Positions 1-12,920 of a stretch of DNA of 48,415 nt are shown piece by piece. Source of the DNA: Squatina squatina (taxonomy: Eukaryota). The translations under genes and the position numbers were made by a program. The stretch lies in NCBI GenBank assembly GCA_031763465.1, contig JARFOE010000233.1, positions 960,733-1,009,147 of the forward strand, written 5' to 3'. Position 1 is the first letter of the stretch, and each line of letters opens with the position of its first letter. A model generated the notes under the pieces. It was not told the DNA's origin. It did no database searches and worked only from the letters and a program-made list of their open reading frames with translations.

Positions 1-1538
1 GCTTTTCCTGAGTAAATTTTATTACCACAAACTATTTTCTGAACATTTTCTATTGAAATATAAGGAGGGTTCTTTTTTGTATTGTTAAGCAAATATAGCC
101 AGGATGAATTCTCGCTCAAAGCAACACCATTGCCTTTAATGCAGTTCCCTAAGGAAATACGTCACAGAAAAAAATTAACACACTGTACTAATCTGTACCA
201 AAAAAATGAGGTCTAGTGTTTTTTAATATGANNNNNNNNNNAATGTACATATGTTTTAATATGTCATTCTATAGAAAGGTTAGATGAATAAAAGAAAGCT
301 AAATTTAATATATACATATGGACTAGACATTACCATTTCAAAGATGAATACTTTTTATTTTTTGATACAACCTCTGTCCAAATAAAACAAAAGCATTGAG
401 TGACTTGAAGATGGCAACCCCAATTTTGGATACATCGTGTGGACTCAGTGACGCAAACAGCTTCATAAGCAAACCAAGAGAAGGCTTTTCTATCACTGGT
501 CTAATAACTAATCGCTTGAACTCTTGACTACCGGCAACCCTGTGGCTTTGATTGAGATGGTAAACCAGGAGTAGGAGCTGCAGAGTGGAAGAAGCCTTTT
601 TATGGCCCCGAGAATGATACCTCTCTGGGGGTCACCGAGAGTGACTGTGATTTATTGATCAATAAACACTTCCTTTTCAAACAGTACCCCATTTTTTTTG
701 TCTTTCTGCTTCATTTTGCACAGTCATAGCTACAGAAAAATGATGTGTGTATTCAACCCCAAAAATTCATTAATAAATTTTTCTAATTTCTGTCAAATTA
801 ACACAACCTCATATAACTATTTTAATACTGTAAACCAGTACTGCACTATCTTTTTACATAGTAGTTTTACTTTAATAAGATTTTAATTATCTGGAAGTTT
901 CTCAAGGTAAATGGGCAAAAGACTTAAAGACAAATATGACATTCATTTACAATATACACGAATATCGTTTGTAGTTTATTAATCAGCATTATAAAAATAA
1001 TATGCCAAAATAGCTATAGCTAATATTTTGCATTGATATAATGGGAAATATTATCAACACAGAATCCTCTTTTATATTTTTCTTTGTTGATTAATTTAAA
1101 CATGGTATTCAATCAAAGCGATTTTTTAGAAATAATTTATGAAATCAAATAATATAAGTGGAAAGGGGTTTAAGATTGAGATCAGTCTGTTGAAATACAA
1201 TATCTATGCTTATTCTATATTGTCATCATTGTACCCTCTGTACATTCATTTTATTTTATAAGATTAGCTCTAACTTTCTATACATAACTGTGAAGTTACA
1301 TTTTCTGATTGCAACAGAGCCACTAACTGGAAATCTCTATTTATTGACTAATTATGAAACATTTCTTTGAATTAAATAGTACAATGTTCCTGGCTAAAGT
1401 GACTGTTATAAATACAATTATTTATTGTATACCGCACAGACACATATTTTCTCTGCACTGGCTTCAAATGGATTATCTTTTACGGTTTTCCATTTACAAT
1501 AACACACTGACAGACATTTTTGTGTTAGACTGACTGAT

Positions 1539-1715
1539 GGTCATTTTTCCTCTCACTGCCTGGACTGTAATCTGGCAAAACAGATCACCCGCCCATTGTG
1601 GAACCTGCTCAATGCATTAATTTCAATGGGAAGAAAATCAGTCGAGGTTTACAACGGGCGGTCAATTTGCTCCGCCAGATTACTGCCCAGGCGGTGAAGG
1701 GAGATAATTATCCCC
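1539..1715. mobile_element. Foldback MITE (non-autonomous DNA transposon, probably PIF/Harbinger-like)
   Basis: Long imperfect inverted arms: tcactgcctggactgtaatctggcaaaacagatcacccgcccattgtggaacct versus the reverse complement of aggtttacaacgggcggtcaatttgctccgccagattactgcccaggcggtga. Central near-palindrome cattaatttcaatgg at 1615-1629. Confidence 0.75.
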
Positions 1716-1762
1716 ACTGAGTCTGTTTAGTCAAATGCATTCAGAAAGCCATTTCAATAATT

Positions 1763-1826
1763 ACATAGAATTACATAGAATTTACAGTACAGAAATAGAC
1801 CATTCAACCCAATTGGTTTATGCCGG
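1763..1826 (-). mobile_element. CR1-type LINE 3' tail, truncated by gap
   Basis: Tandem acatagaatt x2 followed by acagtacagaaatagaccattcaaccc, the typical antisense form of a CR1 3' end. Confidence 0.55.
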
Positions 1827-2791
1827 NNNNNNNNNNNNNNNNNNNNNNNNNNNNNNNNNNNNNNNNNNNNNNNNNNNNNNNNNNNNNNNNNNNNNNNNNN
1901 NNNNNNNNNNNNNNNNNNNNNNNNNNGTGCCTACGATCATGTGTGCCAACACTGCATCTGCTTTGTCCCAATATGGAATTTTATCCTTAAGCCAATGTAC
2001 AAAGAACAGCTAAGATACAACTTGTAAATAATTTATGAAGAATCAACCAACAATGATTTGTTGGAACAATTCCCTTGCGATATAAAATAAATTTGTAATG
2101 CAAATAGAGTTTTGACTTTTGCCATCAATCTGGTACAACCCTATCCTGGGAACAGAGGATCTGTGAACTGTAATTTTACCCTTAGGCTTAAGATGATTAT
2201 AATGAAATAAAATTCAATTCACATGTGAATGTGGTCTGCAAGGGACCAGATGGTGATGTTTGAAATGTTGTGGAATTTCCTTTTGGGTAAAACTGTACAG
2301 AAATGTTGAGGATGGAAAGGCAACGCATCAAAAACAATTAGTGACCTGCAGACTCCTCAGTTACATTTGAGTGAATAATTGGAAACATGCAGCTGAAAAG
2401 CTCTTAAAGAAATAAAAATATTTATTTAACCTCTTCAAAGTTAGCTCCCCTAGGGATTTCAGTGATAAATTCAGTACAGTGTATACCGTTTTTGTCTTTT
2501 TTTTAATACCTCTTTTTACCCTCCTGCTCATAGCTGCTCAGTTCCAGGCTGTTCTCTTCCAGCCAAATAAGTAAGTGCTCAAGCTATGTCCTGGTCTGCA
2601 GTTTAAGCTATACACTTAATGGAATATCCAGATGGCATTGTTCAGACATACCATCAGGCAACTATTTTATTCTTTTGGGACAATCCTAATTNNNNNNNNN
2701 NNNNNNNNNNNNNNNNNNNNNNNNNNNNNNNNNNNNNNNNNNNNNNNNNNNNNNNNNNNNNNNNNNNNNNNNNNNNNNNNNNNNNNNNNNN

Positions 2792-2883
2792 ATAGCGCCT
2801 TTCACAACCACCAGACGTCTCAAAGCGCTTTACAGCCAATGATGTATTTTTGAAGTGTAGTCACTGTTGTAATGTGGGAAATG
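2792..2883 (-). mobile_element. 3' tail fragment of DeuSINE/SacSINE1-like SINE (L2-related tail)
   Basis: aaagcgctttacagccaat...tgaagtgtagtcactgttgtaatgtgggaaatg closely matches 17990-18055 of the full-length copy. Confidence 0.7.
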
Positions 2884-2985
2884 TAAGCTTGAATTAATGT
2901 CTCCTAGTTTTACATCTTGTGTTAATAGTGATCCGATTATCTGTTCTCTTCAAGATCTTAAGCGCCCAATAAGATCAATTCTGAG

Positions 2986-3144
2986 CAATATTCCCCTTAA
3001 GATGTGCTTTTTTATGCACAGCCTGTTCTCTCAATGCATGGTACCTGTAAATTTCTGCATATGCGCGGTATTTCCAATGTAAAAGCTTGTGAGCGGCCTA
3101 CGCAGGAACTTGCAGATTACGTGCACAACTTAGAGGGCACATTG
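2986..3144. mobile_element. Small hAT-like MITE (159 bp)
   Basis: TIRs caatattccccttaagatgtgc / gcacaacttagagggcacattg match 17/22 as an inverted repeat. Flanks attctgag and cttctaag match 6/8, consistent with a decayed 8-bp hAT target-site duplication. Confidence 0.65.
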
Positions 3145-3364
3145 CTTCTAAGCCATCTTTTTCTCTAATGTAAGCGTTCCTAGTACCTGTAGTCCTTTCC
3201 CATAGCTCAGGTGTTTTACCTCTTATCAACTTAGTTCTTCTTCATTGTAATCCTTCCAAGACTAGAATGTTCCCTCTGTGATATGGTGGTGAGAACTGGT
3301 GACAATAATCAACATGGTGGCAGATCAGTACTTTGCAGAAATGAATTGTTACCTCCAGGGACCT

Positions 3365-4225
3365 AGGGCTAGAAATTCAATAGGTTGGTGCCTCCCGTTA
3401 GCGCCTGGATGCGGCTAATGCGGCGACGCCCGCGAACTTCAGTGCCTGTGGCGGTAACTCTCAGCTTCTGGGCCTCCCATCCCTCACAGATCATGATGTC
3501 ATAAAGTGCACAGCTCCCCGTCATCACCCCAGATATAAAATTGATTTCAACTCCTGATGTATTGCCTCGCACCGACAATGCCAGCAAGAGCTGGCCGCTT
3601 GGGGAGTGGTAGTTAAAGGGAATGGTTTTCAGCTAGCGCAACCTTTATTATTTGCTCCAGTCTGGTGCTTGCGCAAAGTTTTTCATGCTTCACTCGTACA
3701 AGATGTCTGAGTGTGAGATTGTTTGGGGCTGTAATGGCAGTCGCCCAGGTCACCTTGCAAAACAAAACTGCCAACAATTAGCCTGTATGGCATCATTGGC
3801 CCTTCCCTTTAATCGAGAAGGAGGTAGATATATTTCTTAATGCTAAAGGGGTCAAGGGGTATGGGGAGAAAGCAGGGACGGGGTACTGAATTAAATGATC
3901 AGCCATGATCAGATTGGATGGTGGAGCAGGCTTGAAGGGCCGAATGGCCTACTCCTGCTCCTATTTTCTATATTTCTATGAGAGAAGCAGCCTGTCATGC
4001 CGTTAACAATGCGCTCAAAATTGTTTAGCGCTGTGCTGCTACCGCCCTGCTCTCAGACTTTAGCACCCTAAGAAAAGTGGTTAGCACTTGATTAATGCTC
4101 CACTTCTCTGTCGGAGCACTAAAACGGAATATTGCTGGAGGAGAGAATGATTAGTACCTGGTGCTACTTATTCAACTTTTCAAAATGTAACGGCCCAACT
4201 GGGATGCTAACGAATTTCTAGCCCT
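3365..4225. mobile_element. Non-autonomous DNA transposon with nested CR1 3' end
   Basis: Perfect 14-bp TIR agggctagaaattc / gaatttctagccct. GC/CpG-richer interior with repeated gttagcgc-like motifs. Confidence 0.75.
3821..3981 (+). mobile_element. 5'-truncated CR1 LINE 3' end inserted in the DNA transposon
   Basis: gatcagccatgatc...gaagggccgaatggcctactcctgctcctattttctatatttctatg is a CR1 3' UTR and tail. Flanked by gagaag at 3815-3820 and 3982-3987 (candidate TSD). Confidence 0.8.
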
Positions 4226-7200
4226 CTCTCTTCCATAGAGGCATGCTACAACATTCCAAAATCCAAAGCTTTGCATCACCCAATGCTACTTTGTGAATTA
4301 TTTCATTTTCTGTCCCATCTTTTCAATTTTGGTGGTATCCTGCACTTTCAGCCTTCATCCTTCACTTGGGTTTCTCAAAGAAGAAGAAAAAAAAAGATAA
4401 TCAGAAATTGGATGTGATATTTGTGCATTCTTACTATTCATCTAACATGTACTTTTAATTGGCTCTGCTAAATAAATATTGTATCAATTGGGACCCCGCT
4501 CATTGCATAATCAATTTTCATGCATCCTTTAATGGACGATCTTGGTTCTAGTTCTCCCATTATTAAAGGAGACAAACAATTGGGTTGTTTATGACCTGAA
4601 AATGACAAGACAATGTTCTGTGCCCTTTTGACAAATTTCAATCCATAAGCAAATTTGGATAGATCTGAGTATTAGCTTCTGTTTCTCCATTGTATTCACT
4701 GGTTATAAAACCATGTTGTTACCTGTGTTAACTGGAGATGCTCTCAGTTAAAGTGTAAACTTTACTTGTGCTTCAAGTCAGCAGTAGCTGAAATAAAAGT
4801 AAAAAAATAAAAGTCATTGTGAAGAGAATAAAAGGTTTTAAAACTTGTTCAAGGCTGTAAATGTCATATTCCCTGAGCGGGCAACTACGAACATGCCTCT
4901 GTTTAAACGTTCATCACAATGAGATGAAGTGAGTACACTGTGCAGTGCTGCAGGCTTTGATGAAGATGAAGAATCAAAACAGCAGAATCCAATGAGATAA
5001 AGTACAACATAGGTTATCTTTTACCATCCTAAAGTTTACAATCATTTTAAAGTGGTTTTGTAGAGTCTGAGGTATGCTGTACTTAAAAAAAAAAATAACT
5101 GAAACAAATAAATCAAACCATTTGGTCTGAAGTCTATCCAGGTCTGTGAATATTGAGACACATTTGTATATATTAGCTACAAGGCTTTCTTTGACAAATT
5201 GTTTAAAAGCTAAACATTTAATTGCACATGCTTGGTCAGTGTGAGGAAAGTAAAATATATGTACCTTAAACATCTTATCTTACTGGGTTGTAAGATCCTG
5301 TTTGGTTGTAGACAAAAAGAGATTGTAGAAAGCCTTCAATGTCTGCTGTAATGGAATCAAGCTATACAACAGAGTTAGAGAATCAAATGATTTATACCAA
5401 TATTCCTCCCAGTCCTGGGGCCTATGCTCGTCTGTAAAACTAAAGCTTTGTTCTGTTNNNNNNNNNNGAGGGCTTCAGTCTGCAGTTTATCTTGTAAACC
5501 AAATGGGACTGGAGGGATTAGATGCATTAACTGTCAATGATCACCTCTATTACTGTAAACAGCCATTAAGTACCAGATATATTTGCAAGATAAAAGGCAA
5601 TAATTTAAAATGCCTGGTTGGGGATATAATGCATAACATGATAAAATGTTTTAATTAGGGAAATTTCATTTATCTGAAATTTTGATGTAACCAGTTGTAC
5701 AGAATAACATTGACATGTACTTAGATAGTGAACTGTGTACAGCGGCCAGATGATACAGCAAAGTGGATGTGTCTAAAACATTTGGAAAAAAATACACAAA
5801 TTAAGAACAATGTGAAATCCATAAGGAGGAGATTACCGTCTACAACTAATGTGTTTGGTTGGGCTGTATTCAAGTCCTTTGTCTTATGAAATATTGTTGG
5901 GATGAAAGAAACTGCATTGAGAGAGGTCATTAACAATCATGGCCATAATAGGAATAAAAAAAAGAGATCAAGTAATGTTAGTTTGGCAAAGTATTGTCCC
6001 TCCACATGTTGAATAAACCTGTCTTGCACGCTATACATGTTTTAAAAAAATAAAGCAATGCAAGTTTTATTTTTAAAAGCACGGACAGTACTTAAAAAGA
6101 TTGCACAACAAAAGAAAGATAGCTTACTTTAAAACTATAAGCTTTTTATTAGTTATTGTTGGCTGTCCTACATAGATTACAAAATCTCAAAAGCAATAAC
6201 TGTCTCTGCTGTATCTAACTCTTGCACTTTCTTGTCCTTTTCCTACATTTACTAGNNNNNNNNNNTTAGTTATTAGCTGTATTTCAGGTCACAAAGTCAA
6301 AACAAAGTCCAGGAGACAGGATTGGTTTACTACTGGCAAGGTTTTCTGTCAAGTTGTGTTTGCAATTCAAAAAGTACCTATGTAACTATTTAAAAGGATA
6401 TTTCTTTTAAAAAGTAGTTTAAAAAAGATAAAGTGAATCAGTGACAAGCTCTTGCAAATATGCATGTGTTCCAGCAGTGAAGTTCTGGCCAACCGCTGCT
6501 CTGTGCAATGATTTGACAGTGCTGTGATTTGTCAGCTGATAGCGAACATGCCATGGAATAGAATGGCTGCCAGGAGTGAACGTTCTGAGTCTGTGGTCCA
6601 GCAGTCTCTCAGACTGTTTACATTGAGCTCCAGGTCAGTTAATGAAATTTATAGCCCTAGAGCTGGATTTAAATGTGCTGATGTTTTCTGTATGTGTGTG
6701 GCTTTGAGGGAGTCTTGTTCTTTTTCTCTTGAGCAGTTTTTTCTGAACAATGAACAAAGTTGCCTGACAACTGTTTTTATTACTATTACTTCAATCATTA
6801 TAGCAGTTAAAGCTGTGACAAACCATTTTAACAAGATACTGTCAAATCTAGGTTAGCTGGAACCTAACCAGGCACAGTTGTGTACTAATTCTGCTTTAGA
6901 GGTCCATCAGAAAATTTGTTATTATAATATATAACACATTCAGGATATTGAATCTGCTACTCTCCTCAATCTCCACCCCCTACAAATCTTGTATTGGGTA
7001 TATTCCATCATTAGGATGAAATGCATCTTTATTTGGATCTATTTTGATACCTCAGAGGTCATCGATCCATTATGGTTTTGACTTACAACTCACACCTCCA
7101 TTTTACAATCAAACTAATGAATCACCTGTGTTCACACATCATAATGTTTCCTAGTAATTGTATCCCTTCTCTCCCAAAGGATGGGATTTGTGTTGTCATG

Positions 7201-9867
7201 GGTGCCAGCAGCCCTTTATTATCTCACTTAAGTGGCAGATCTTTACAGATAACCCACCCAGTGAGTATCCTTCGGGCACTTACTTATGGGGAGCATCTCA
7301 GCTAAGTTTGGTCATATTCTCACCCGATATCCACACACACACATTTTAAATCAAGGACAATGATCAGAATCGGGAACCTTGACCACTTTTNNNNNNNNNN
7401 NNNNNNNNNNNNNNNNNNNNNNNNNNNNNNNNNNNNNNNNNNNNNNNNNNNNNNNNNNNNNNNNNNNNNNNNNNNNNNNNNNNNNNNNNNGGTTATGCGG
7501 GCTTACGATTAACAGCCCCATAATCGACTTCTACGATGTCTCCCCAGGTGCGTGGGAACATCGTTCCCACCCGGGGAGATCGCAATTTCAGGCCCATTAT
7601 TTTGCTAATTTTCATTTTACCCACCTCAGTTTTAATTTCTCATTTATGTTTTCTCATTTTCCCCTTTCATTTCTTGTTTGTAACTTTCTGCACTCTACGT
7701 TTATTGCACTTTTTCTCTAGATTTCATTTGTTACTTTAAATTTGTTTTTGAGGGTTTATTGAATTATTGACATGTTTTGTATACTTAATACAATGCATCA
7801 ATTGCAGTCAGTATCCCAATACACTTGTCTAAGAGCATAAGCAAGTAAGGAACAAGAAAAGTCATTCAGCTCATCCAGCCATCCTTCCATTAAGTAAATT
7901 CTCTCCACATTTACTTAAATCACTCGAGGATGGCAAGTAACCAAAGAATAACATCTACATGATATTTGTGCATACTTTCCTTTGGTTACTTACCAAAGAA
8001 AACACCCATTTTTTTCCAACCCATGTCACAAGGTTACCTCCAATTCAGAGCACTTTCACGGAAAGAGAAAGTGATTTAATTGAATGGCAGAAAAGGCTCG
8101 AGGGACTGAATTGACTACTTCTGTTCCTTAAAATAAATTATAACTCCTGCAACCAATTTTCAATTTCTTAAACATTGGCATTAATCTTAATGGAAAAACT
8201 AATTCGATTTGGTCAACTAATCCTTATAACTTTCAGTTTTAATTCCAAAACCATTCTCATGGCTCTTCTGACTTCTCTCCAATGCTTCAATCCAACTTTG
8301 AAAACACAGGGTGAAATTCGATAAGGCCCGAAAANNNNNNNNNNNNNNNNNNNNNNNNNNNNNNNNNNNNNNNNNNNNNNNNNNNNNNNNNNNNNNNNNN
8401 NNNNNNNNNNNNNNNNNNNNNNNNNNNNNNNNNNGCATGCCTTTGAAGAAATGCTCCAGATTAACCATGTATGCGGTTCAATATCTTGTATATATTTACA
8501 AGGCTCCCTTACAGTAACCTCATTTCAAGGCCACAGAACCCCAGCTGCTTCAGGCTTTCTTCATAACTCAATCTTTTGATGTTGGGGATCAGTTTGTGCC
8601 AGAGGTCAGATTATAGCCTGAAATTTATTCCAGGATATGGTTTTCAAACACACTTTAACACTCCATTGGATAATTTTATTCATTCTTGATTTGCAACAAG
8701 ATCACTCACCCAGTATGGATATTGTCAACTGGTGTCTGCTATGCCTTGAATTTGTGGTTAAGGATTAAAAGATTGCAAAGCAATCACTGGAAGGTTACCA
8801 GAAAATAATGTAACCAGATTATAATTATGTCAGTTTCATAGACAAAATGTCTTGCATGATAAAATATTTTATTAAAAACACACATTTATAAAACAAAGAC
8901 CAACTCAATGAAAACACAAAAAAGTTGCATTGAAAATTTTCAATTTTTAGGTTTTGTTCTATTAGGCTAAATGGTATCAAGTTTCAAGGAAAGTGGCAAA
9001 CCAGGACTAAGATAGAATTTCACACATAACAATCCTGAAAGACAAGATGCATTTTTTGATTTCCTCATACTAGTCAAAACTTCTAGTACTAAACTGCTGG
9101 TTTCATATAATTTGTGGTGAATTGGTGGTAGTGTTGTGCTGCAAAGCTCATTAGCAACTTGACAAACTCACTTCTGGTTGGAACTTTATATACAAGTCTT
9201 TCATGACAGCAGTTTGGGAACTGTTCAAATCCAAGGCTCAGAGATAAAAGGACAGTGTGCTTTTCATGTTCATGTGATTTTCAGGATGTGTCACTATATA
9301 CTTACACGCATCATAGGTGTGCAATTATAGATTATGAAGGGTGGTGCACAAAATTAATAGTAATTCTGTTCATCTCAGGACTGCTGGACTTTATCAAAAC
9401 ACAGAAATCTGGGAATACTAAATTGTGCTTCCAGCTTTCAGTACTCAAATACATGCTGTGCACATCAACTCGACAAAATCCCATTGAGTTTTATAGCAAA
9501 TCATAAAATATTGAACATGCTCATTATTACTATTAGTAGCTTCAATCTTTCTTTCTTTATCATCATCAAACATGGAGCTTGAGAGCTACAAGCTTCATCT
9601 GTGTTTTTCCTGTAAATCAGATTTCTGAAAAGTCCTAGGGGTCCCAATTCATTTTTGCGGGCGCCGGCTCTTTAACAGCCTCTGACCCAGAATTCGGGTC
9701 TTCGTAGTTTTTTTGGGTTAGTGCGACATCATAACTGCCTGGGACGCAACATCGGCAACGTGACGCGNNNNNNNNNNNNNNNNNNNNNNNNNNNNNNNNN
9801 NNNNNNNNNNNNNNNNNNNNNNNNNNNNNNNNNNNNNNNNNNNNNNNNNNNNNNNNNNNNNNNNNNN

Positions 9868-9889
9868 TCTTCTGTTCTGCTTCATGGAG
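9868..9889 (-). CDS. CEP120: Partial CEP120 coiled-coil exon (LHEAEQK...), cut by gap
   Basis: On the minus strand a pyrimidine tract and ctag acceptor precede CTC CAT GAA GCA GAA CAG AAG. Resembles the recalled human LNDAENK segment and lies in the expected order downstream of the other CEP120 exons. Only 22 nt are visible. Confidence 0.5.
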
Positions 9890-11008
9890 CTAGATAGAAT
9901 TCATGGAAGGGGGAAAAAAAAACCCATAAGAAACTAAAGGAAGTCAGCTTATCCTTTTGACACTAAACAGATGATCTAAAAATTCATAATCAAAATAAAT
10001 GGACTTTTAACTCAACTAAAGTACAGACTAACAGCATGAAATCTGAACACCGATCAAGCTCAGTTTTAGAAATAGGTGAATAATTTAATTGTTTACGTCC
10101 TGCTGACAATGCAGGCAAGGATACAAAGCAGCAACACATAACTGGCTAATCCTTCTACAGCAGATCATTATTTATCCATCAATTCAGCTAACACGTTTTG
10201 TCACTTTACACAATATTACCATCATTTTTTAACATTTACACTGTACAATATCCAAGTGTAACTTAATCAAACAGACCAGCTGATATACTGAGAACACAGC
10301 TTTTAGAATGTTACTCTTCTGAGAAAATGAAAAATTGTTCTTCANNNNNNNNNNACTGATTAATGACTTAATTCTGAACACCCCTGACCCAATAATATAC
10401 ATGAAGAATTCCAGTAAAAGAAACTGTTTTTGAACTCTTGGCAGTAGTTTAAAAACTAAAGTTGAAATTAACACACAGTTTGCAGAGATAGAAATCCAAG
10501 TTGGTGGAAGTATCAGCAATTTAGCAACCATTGAAATGTATCTGAATACAATCCAAAATAGATCTGACAAATGTATTATCGTGGTTAGCAGGTTATCCAA
10601 ATATGTGCAGCAAAATTATAACCATGAATTACGCGTTTGCGGCCATACTACAAATAATATGTACTTTCTGCAATTCAAATTTTCACTTCTGTTATGTACA
10701 TGTTACTGGGGTTGGTTTTAATATAAATGACAACTGTTATTAGAAGCTGACACAGCTGCCAGTGCAATGATGTAACTGTGTCGCCTACTGCATTACCCTG
10801 CTTTGCTCTATTAACCTATTAATTGCCTTTCAGAACCAGCTATCAGACAATGAGGCCCTTTCAAGTGTGACGCTTCTGCACTCAGCAAATCCTGCTGGTT
10901 GCTCAGTCACAGTAACTGAGCTGGCACTCAGACTACCTTACGACTTTTCTCCTGAAGGCGAACAGAATCAGCTGGTGACAGTCATTCTGTTTTTCTTTTT
11001 AAATATTT

Positions 11009-11346
11009 CGGGGGTGAAATTCCCTGCCCCTAAAAATTTGAGGTGAGTACGGAGGCGCTACAACGTTCCGAAATTCGGCAATTTTTTTTGGTAGGCGAGA
11101 TCGTCTGGGCAAAAACGGCAACTTTAGGCGCAGGTAGGCAGGCGTCCGTGCGGGTCCCGGAGGCACGGCCTTAAGAAGGATCAGTGGATGCAGCAGGTCA
11201 TCGAAGAGGTAAGTAGTGCGGCAGATTTCTCTTTACAGGTTGGAAAGCAGCTGGAGAAGAGGTCAGGCAAGATCGTGAAGAAAAGAGGCTGAGTCACACA
11301 AGGATCGGGTAGGCCATTACCGATGAAGAGCGAAGTGGAGAGGTGN
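11009..11346. mobile_element. Left part of GGGG-TIR non-autonomous DNA transposon, cut by gap
   Basis: Starts gggggtgaaattcc, like the other GGG(N)AAATT termini in the window. CpG-rich interior. Confidence 0.5.
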
Positions 11347-12041
11347 NNNNNNNNNNNNNNNNNNNNNNNNNNNNNNNNNNNNNNNNNNNNNNNNNNNNNN
11401 NNNNNNNNNNNNNNNNNNNNNNNNNNNNNNNNNNNNNNNNNNNNNTGATTATGGAGGGTATGTGTTAAAGTCTATGAACCATCTGCATTGCAAACATTTT
11501 AAAATTTTACAATGCATGAAGTTGTGTCTTCTGGGAAGTACATTAAGTAATAGTCAAGCGACTCAACAGATTTGACAAAATTAAATCCAGACAAGAGAAT
11601 ATAAACAAAGCGTGCATCAAGGCATGAAACATTGCAAAGGGTTCAGTACAAGACAAATGGTAATGCACCAAGGCTCAAAAATCAAATCATGTTAAAGATA
11701 AGAGTTGCTAACAAATAAAGAAAAAAAAATGAAACAGAACATACTATGGAAGACATATTCACATTTCTGGCTGAAAAAGTGTCCCAGTGACATTCAGTGA
11801 TATGGCACAAAAACAGCAGTGTAGATTATGTGACTCTAAGGTTACACTGGAGAATCTTACCGGTTTAAAAAAGAACCCACATTGCTGCAATTTACTCCAG
11901 TTGTCCATGAAAGACAAGAACAGGAAGCAAATGGCATTTGGAAAAAAAATCTTAAGCTGCAATATTACTCGTATACAGGATTTGGGAATGAGGCATTATG
12001 AGTTGGGTTAATCACTTTTAGTATTCAACAATTATACTTGC

Positions 12042-12224
12042 CCTTGGGCTGCTACAACTGGAATCCTCTCGCTGTAGGTCTGACGCCAGCACGGATCTCC
12101 TGATGGGCCCAAAAAGCGGGATTTATCTGCTGTCAGAACATTTGACAATTTCAATCTTGCTACTCCCAATAGCACATCTTTAGTCATTTTATCTTTGTGC
12201 CACACTTCAACCAACAAAGGTAAC
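12042..12224 (-). CDS. CEP120: CEP120 exon, third C2 domain ([61 protein letters not shown])
   Basis: Strong similarity to recalled vertebrate CEP120 (PLLVELWHKDKMSKDLLLG...WRQTYSE). ttttag acceptor, 183 nt, phase 2/2, probable GC donor (AGG|gcaagt). Confidence 0.93.
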
Positions 12225-12389
12225 CTAAAAAAACATTGAACAAATATGAGTGTATAGCAATTATAACATGCAACAGGCTGCTATATTTGNNNNNNNNNNN
12301 NNNNNNNNNNNNNNNNNNNNNNNNNNNNNNNNNNNNNNNNNNNNNNNNNNNNNNNNNNNNNNNNNNNNNNNNNNNNNNNNNNNNNNNNN

Positions 12390-12920
12390 TGGCAGGATAG
12401 GCGTACCAATGTCAGCGTCCTCTCTCAGGCCAACATCCCCAGCATCGAGGCACTGGTCATGCTCAACCAGCTGCAATGGGTCGGCCACATCGTCCGTATG
12501 CCCGACTCAAGACTTCCGAAACAAGCACTCTATTCCGAGCTTCATCACGGCAAGCATTTACCAGGAGGCAGAGGAAGCGCTTCAAGGACGTCCTCAAAGC
12601 CTCCCTGAAAAAATAGAACATCCCCACTGACTCATGGGAATCTTTGGCCCAAGATCGCCCGAACTGGAGGAGAAGCATCTGCGAAGGCGCCAACCACTTC
12701 GAGCTTCTCCGGCAAGATCATGTGGAGGCCAAGCACAAGCAGCGGAAGGAGCATGCGGAAACCCGAGCATCCCATCCACTCGCCCCATCAAATACCGCCT
12801 GCCCAACCTGTGGTAGAGTTTGTGGATCCTGGATAGGACTATTTAGTCACCTCAGAACGCACAACTCCGGAGTGGAAGCAAGTCATCCTCAACCTCGAGG
12901 GACTGCGTAAGAAGAAGAGC
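12390..12920 (+). mobile_element. RTE-clade LINE 3' end (degenerate ORF2 C-terminus)
   Basis: Translates WQDRRTNVSVLSQANIPSIEAL...WVGHIVRMPDSRLPKQ. C-terminal CPTCGRVC...HLRTH zinc-finger-like motif. taagaagaagag tail. Confidence 0.85.

Noticed and set aside
1-9700. PRDM6 exons or further CEP120 3' exons expected from synteny
   Set aside because: No convincing SET, C2H2 or CEP120 coiled-coil peptide with splice sites was found by eye. An ERKIEAT-like stretch near 9535-9555 lacks flanking homology.
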